In this document: piece after piece, positions 57,268-64,000 of the stretch
How the letters are laid out: each line of letters opens with the position of its first letter
Position numbering within the stretch: the first letter of the stretch is position 1
NCBI GenBank assembly: GCA_951406725.2
Contig: OX597824.1
Span: 92,194,001 to 92,258,000, forward strand
Origin: Octopus vulgaris
Lineage: Eukaryota
Direction of reading: 5' to 3'
DNA length: 64,000 bases
The notes under the pieces: model-generated
Database searches by the model: none
The model's input: the letters and a program-made list of their open reading frames with translations, nothing else
What the model was told of the DNA's origin: nothing
Translations under genes and position numbers: made by a program

Positions 57268-57296
57268 TATATATAATTATACACACAAATATATAT
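57199..57296. repeat. ~98-bp near-perfect palindrome centred on (AT)n
   Basis: atatatttgtgtgtataattatatatatg ... catatatataattatacacacaaatatat. Confidence 0.9.
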
Positions 57297-57459
57297 CCAT
57301 ATATATGTATGTATATATATATACATATATATGTATGTATATACATATACATATATACACATATGCATATATATATATATATATACATGCATATATAGAT
57401 ATAGATATATATATATATATATACATACACACACATACATATATATGCATGTATAAATA

Positions 57460-57565
<106 letters not shown>

Positions 57566-58428
57566 TAGTCAGAAATTAAGAGCGACGCAAGCCGAGATAT
57601 GTTCATATATGCATACATGCATAAGAACTAACTTCTTCAATGACGAAATCTAATAAACCAAAAAAAACTCATAAATATATGTGTGTTTAAGTTTGAATGT
57701 GTACGTGTACGTATGTGTGTGTATACAGAACCACATTCACCGTCTTCTACATACAAAGAAATATAATTACACATAGCATATATTTGGTTGAATGTTTTAC
57801 ATGCGTATGTGTGGTGCTCGGTGAGTCTAGAGAGCGGTAGGTGTGTAGCGTCTGGAAAGAAGAAATTGTGATGCACATGCGTGCTTAGAGACAATCTATT
57901 TACCTATAACCTATTAGATCGCCAAATATGATACGACTGGTTTCACAGTGCTGAACACTCAAAATAATTAGGTTATCTTTAAAGAAAATTCCTGGATTGA
58001 ACTGGGGGCAAACAATTACTTCTTTACCAATTCGATTTTACGAAGAAAAATAACTTTTTCTGTGTTTGCTGAAATTTACTATCGTTATTGTTTTCGTATA
58101 CAGAAACTCTCGTACACAGTAGAAATTATGCGATTCCCTTAGACATAGCCTCTGGTCCAATAACCGTGCAAACTTGTTTGCATTTGGATATATAGATACA
58201 TAAATATCGAAAGATAGATAGTTATATGTATATATGTATATATATATATATTCATATATATGTATACATATATATGTGTGTGTGTGTGTGTACAAGATAT
58301 ATATGTATGTGTGCAATATATATATATATATACACACACGTATACACACACAAATACACTCACATATATATTTGTGTGTTTGTTGTTGTTTTATTATTAT
58401 TGTTAATATTATAATATATATATATATA

Positions 58429-58546
<118 letters not shown>

Positions 58547-59109
58547 ACATATATATATATACATATATATATATACTAGCTGTATGCGATTTCTTACATA
58601 TATCCAGACGTACAGATATATATGTTTATATCTATTTATACATAAATAATAATATAATTAAACACACACACTTATCGATACATATATATGTTTGGGTGTG
58701 TGGACTTCGTGTGTTTGTGTATGTGTTTCTGTGTTTGTGTGTGAGTGCGCGCGCGCGTGTATGTGTGTGTGTGTGTGTGACTGTTTGTGTGTGTGTGATC
58801 GGGCTCGTGCGTGTCTACTTGTAAATATTTAATTCTTTGATTTTTTGTCCTGTTATATCGAAAATTAATTTTTAAACGCACCGAAACGTACTACTTTTTA
58901 TTTGAGTATATACGTATTAAAATTTAAAAAGCAATTTTAATAGTGACTTCGAAATTACAGCTGACTTTCTCTAAATATTCTAGTGGGGGGAGGGTCGAGC
59001 TAAGAAATAGAAGATTCTTTTACACTAATTATGTTAAATGTCAATATATATCAGAGTATATGTGCGTGTCTGTGTGAAGTGGTATGTCTATAGACATGTA
59101 TCATCACAG

Positions 59110-59176
<67 letters not shown>

Positions 59177-59399
59177 CATACACTCAAATACATTTGTATA
59201 TAAAAAGTATTTCCAAATGTTCTTGATGTCACATCAAATGTGGAACCGATTACAGAGTGCAGGCTTCAAAATTATTTTGAAACAAATTATATTTGAAATT
59301 TCCACATCATTTCCATCGCCAGTTCACTAATATCATCGAGAGAACAAATATTCAATTATGATGATGTGTGTGTGTGTATGTGTATATATATATATATAC

Positions 59400-59491
<92 letters not shown>

Positions 59492-59610
59492 CTTTTATAT
59501 ATATATATATCTCGTCATTTTTTGCTATAGACAAGTAGGTGTGATTACAGTTCACAGCGTTGTCTAACCACACTATTAGATGCAATACATTATATATATA
59601 TATATATATG

Positions 59611-59803
59611 ATTCGCCATGATAGATCGCTAGCCACTAAACGTTTTTTCTATTTTCTGTTCCTGTTTATTTCCGTGTTCCTTTCTGACGAAGAGCGTAGG
59701 CTCGAAACATTTAAACACCCTCGCTTTCCGAGCGTTAAACTAAAACATCTATTTGTTGTTTATACATCTGTCTTCGACTTTTTTTTTGTATTGTAAATTC
59801 CCA
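59611..59803 (+). mobile_element. (TA)n-flanked ~190-bp module with hammerhead-like motif (59681-59715)
   Basis: ttt-CTGACGA-a-gagc(gtag)gctc-GAAAC-ATT-taaa; homologue at 60511-60700(-). Confidence 0.7.
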
Positions 59804-60066
59804 CTATATATATATGATATGCGCACGTTCTCTTCCTACAGCTTCTCCGTACATCCGAAAGACAGCTTTTCCAACAACCGCCGTTGCCAATTGTCCTGAA
59901 GTAGGTATCATATTCCCGACATATAGGAATACAAAGCAAAATTTCGAATTTGTTTTGTTTTCTTCTCCTTTCCTGTACGAAATTTGTTTTGTAACGTCTC
60001 CCATTGCTCCGACCCTACAAAACAAAACTTGACCATTTAAGAAACTACTATCATGGCACTCCCGCA

Positions 60067-60206
60067 CTCTTCTTCGTCTTCTTCTTCTTCTTCTTCTTCT
60101 TCTTCTTCTTCTTCTTCTTCTTCTTCTTCTTCTTCTTCTTCTTCTTCTTCTTCTTCTTCTTCTCCTTCTTCTTCTTCTTCTTCTTCTTCTTCTTCTTCTT
60201 CTTCTT
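60067..60206. repeat. (TTC)n microsatellite
   Basis: Directly visible. Confidence 0.97.
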
Positions 60207-60510
60207 CCCTATTAAGAATTAACAATGACTTCGATTCCACAAGAGTAAACAAGACAGACAGAGACAGGCAGAAACAAGGAAAATGCCACTTGTATTTGAA
60301 CAGTATGCAAATATTCTTTTTAAAAACATTTCTTTTAATTTTTCCAAAATTTAAATATTTTCCATACTTACAATTGAAAAAGTCTCAATGACTGAAACCG
60401 GTACTGAAATGCTTTTTATGAAATTATTTTGGCATTTTCTACCTTGACTTTTTTCCATATATACACACACACACACACACACACTCATACACACACACAT
60501 ATATATATAT

Positions 60511-60700
60511 AAGGAGAATTCATAAAAAAGAAGACGAAGACATATGCTGTAGACAACAAACAGATGTATTAGTATAACGCTTAGGAAGTGGAAAAGTCTT
60601 TAATATTTCGAGCCTACTCTCATCCACAGAAAGGAACACATAAGGAAACAAGGAGAGAAAATAAAGAATGTGTAGTGGCTAGCGATTTATCATGGCGAAT
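60511..60700 (-). mobile_element. Inverted second copy of the ~190-bp hammerhead module
   Basis: Reverse complement attcgccatgataaatcgctagccacta...cttt-CTGTGGA-t-gaga(gtag)gctc-GAAAT-ATT-aaag. Confidence 0.7.
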
Positions 60701-61572
60701 ATATATAAGATGCACGGATAAAATACTAGATTATATGTCATCGCTTGCAGTACAAAAGGTAGGACTTAACTATTGATGTTTTTCTTCTCTTATTTTTGTA
60801 ATGCAAAATTTCCCATGAAAAAAACAGTAATATTTTTAATGAGAAAAAATAAATTGTCCTGAAATTTGGCATTTTTCAAAGAATACATTGTAACTGCATA
60901 TTTTAACGATGGAGAATGAAGTATTGATAGGTGTTGGTCTTTTAAAAATCCACTTTCATTTTCAAGCAATAGAAATATTATTTATATTGATTTTAAGAGC
61001 ATGTAACTAAATCTAAAACCGCATGTAAATGACATTTGAATAACAGTTTTATTTGTACAAAAATGAAAAAAAAATTAAACTCTACCATTAAAAGCTTCCA
61101 CATGGCAGACATAATTAACTGAATAATCATTTATTGTTTCATTGGTACATAAATAAAATAATATAAAAAAACACTCCAAAATAGAGTTGGTATTTATGGT
61201 CGCCATGTCTGGTTTGGAATATGTTCTGAAAAGAGTTGAAATTTCAATTGTTATTCGAGATTCAGCTTATCTTAATATTTTGTAAATTCAACAATGGAAG
61301 TCTCTGACAGACATCATTGTTGCGTTGTTATTGGAGCATCAGTTGACCGTTATTCGGTCTAACTTTCTGGTGTGTAGCTACGGATTTGTTTTTTAAAATT
61401 TATTTAATTTCTCATGAGTGTTCAAACCGTCTGCTAACAAAGCGACAACACTCTGTATGTCATTATTCAGTTAAATTTCAAAATTCTTACTAATAGAGAA
61501 ATTGCCGGTTTCTAATCTAGAACCGAGGCTCTTTCCTTGGACTTTCAATATATGAATCTCTCTCTCTCTCTC

Positions 61573-61633
<61 letters not shown>

Positions 61634-61799
61634 CATATATTAGTTTATGAGAGGTAATGGTGACAAGAAGACCCAAGGGTGTCAGGTAATGCCAAGGAAG
61701 TGCTATGGACAGACTATAGTTAAGCTCGAAGTTCGGTGATTATGCAAATGAGGAGTCCAACATAGGTCTATATAAGCATGCATATATATTAAAAAAATG

Positions 61800-61848
61800 A
61801 ACAGAATGAGATAAAAATCACAGCCTTGGATTTTTATCTCATTCTGTT
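61800..61848. repeat. Perfect 20-bp hairpin with 9-nt loop
   Basis: aacagaatgagataaaaatc-acagccttg-gatttttatctcattctgtt. Confidence 0.9.
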
Positions 61849-61853
61849 AATTT

Positions 61854-61913
<60 letters not shown>

Positions 61914-62114
61914 TTTTTTTATTTGTTATTCTATTTCTTTACTATGTTCAAGTGCGTTAAACATCAAAAAATATCTTGTAATGTACATAAAGTTCGATTA
62001 ACGCTTTCATACGATCGTAGTAATCATCAGATTTCAAAATTTATTTAACTGACAATTGAGTTCCTCACAGCTGTAGTAAAATGACTGACGTCTTCCTTTT
62101 TATACATTTTACAG

Positions 62115-62351
62115 GGCACCGACAAGCTGAATTTTTCGGATACGGATTGACCAATCAGCATGCACGTAAACGTTACGGTTTGCTGGATGCACCGATATTA
62201 CTGGCATAGATCCCGCCTTTATTTTAACTAATTAACTTGCGGTTTACATGTACTGATTTTATTTTTCCCCCACTTTTGTTTTTTTCTCTCCTTGTGCTGG
62301 TCTCCCTGTTTTTCGACCCTGTATGGTTAATAAAACAAATCAAGCCATCAG
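62115..62351 (+). other. Candidate spliced exon (5' UTR or first coding exon)
   Basis: Branch-like ctgac + polypyrimidine + tttacag| acceptor; cag|gtatgt donor; unique sequence; stops in all three frames. Confidence 0.35.
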
Positions 62352-62922
62352 GTATGTATACGTATATGCAGATGTGTGTATGTATGTTTAATAACTTATC
62401 GTATACAGTATATCTCTATTTTGTATGCTGTGTAAATTACCGAAATATCAACAAATGAACAAAATAGAAGTACATTTATGGAACCGCTAATTTAACGGTA
62501 AATGCCACAATAATTATTAGAGAAAAACAAAGAATTTTATGTTTTACTTCGGAACCTTGCAACTGCTGCGATAATTAATAACTGGCAATGGGACATTTTA
62601 TGTAAATTGTTTTAAAGGAAATGAAAATAAAATTTCATATTGATACTAGCCATCACGCACTTCACGCATATCAGTCGTCAGGTATGAATGTGTAGATGTA
62701 TGTGTGTGTACTTAAAGTAGCGTATATAGTATGTCTTTGTTTTTGCATGCAGTGTAAATGACTCCCTCAAAATTACATATTGACACGCTTGGAGTTTCAA
62801 AGTATTACCATGTAAAATTTGATTTGATTTGATTTCAGCCGTTTGTGAATGCATTGGGAACAGACAGCCATACAAAGGATTTATATATATATATATATGT
62901 GTGTGTATATATATATATATAT

Positions 62923-63203
<281 letters not shown>

Positions 63204-63485
63204 TCGAGAGAAAGAGAGAGAGAGAGAGTGAGAGAGAGAGAGAGAGAGAGAGATTATTACATTACTGGTCAGCATTGATACACTCTTAAATATAATTAAA
63301 TACTTCATTCCAACTTCAAACGAATATATTGGTTGCTACGGATACCTAATAAATTATATATGCCTGTGTGTATTTTTAGACATAAATCACCTTCCTCTTT
63401 CACGCTCTACCTATCTGTCTATATGTCTGTCTGTCTATCAATCCATCTACCTATCTATCTCTCTATCTGTCTATCTATCTATCCG

Positions 63486-63547
<62 letters not shown>

Positions 63548-63599
63548 AGAAATCGAAAACAGAGAGTTGCTTATTTGCAAAAACAAAAGAAATATAAAA

Positions 63600-63910
63600 T
63601 GTGACTTCATTGACCGAGGTTACCGTGGTCTTTTCCGTAGGCTTTTCTTTCCACGGGTAAACCTCACCTGTCCTCCCCTTTACACTTCATATTGACATTT
63701 CTGTGATAACGATCCCTATTGATCAATTTTTTTCCTCTCCTTTTTTTAACCCCCTTTTTTGTCCTCTTTCTCTCCTTTTACGATCCCTTTTGATCGAAAC
63801 TCCCCCTTCCTCTTTTTTTTTTTTTTTTTTTTTTAAACCTTCAAAAGAAAAGCTCTACCTTGTAATTTGTTCTATCTGTGTGCAGCCCTGTGTGGCTAAT
63901 AAAGAAACAT
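63600..63910 (+). mobile_element. Retroelement 3' UTR-like fragment ending in (TATC)n
   Basis: Hairpin gaggttaccgtgg..ccacgggtaaacctc, pyrimidine tracts, aataaa; homologous to 33225-33340. Confidence 0.65.
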
Positions 63911-63960
63911 ATCTATCTATCTATCTATCTCTCCGTCTATCTATCTATTTATTTATCAGT

Positions 63961-63994
<34 letters not shown>

Positions 63995-64000
63995 GTGTCA

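Noticed and set aside
59842-59904. Small + strand exon after ttctcttcctacag
   Set aside because: Donors are mediocre and the peptide is unrecognised; chance occurrence is likely.

Overview
This is an AT-rich animal non-coding window (intronic or intergenic), extremely rich in microsatellites. The repeat content points to a coleoid cephalopod, probably Octopus; that is an inference. No host protein-coding gene can be called with confidence, and nearly all ORF-track entries are microsatellite or SINE translations. It contains: (i) three modular tRNA-derived SINE families, here called A, B and C, some with target-site duplications (TSDs), with family A forming head-less internal tandem multimers; (ii) decayed fragments of RTE and R4/Dong-like LINEs, DD34D mariner and DD37D maT transposons, non-autonomous Helitrons and a pogo-like MITE; (iii) seven minimal type-I hammerhead-ribozyme-like motifs (CUGANGA, stem II, GAAAC-GUH) in short modules that are mostly microsatellite-flanked, one fused behind a tRNA-like Pol III head, suggesting a ribozyme-bearing SINE possibly dependent on Penelope-like elements; (iv) several fold-back or inverted structures; (v) a possible spliced exon at 62115-62351. 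All calls were made by eye without database searches, and coordinates are approximate to a few bases.
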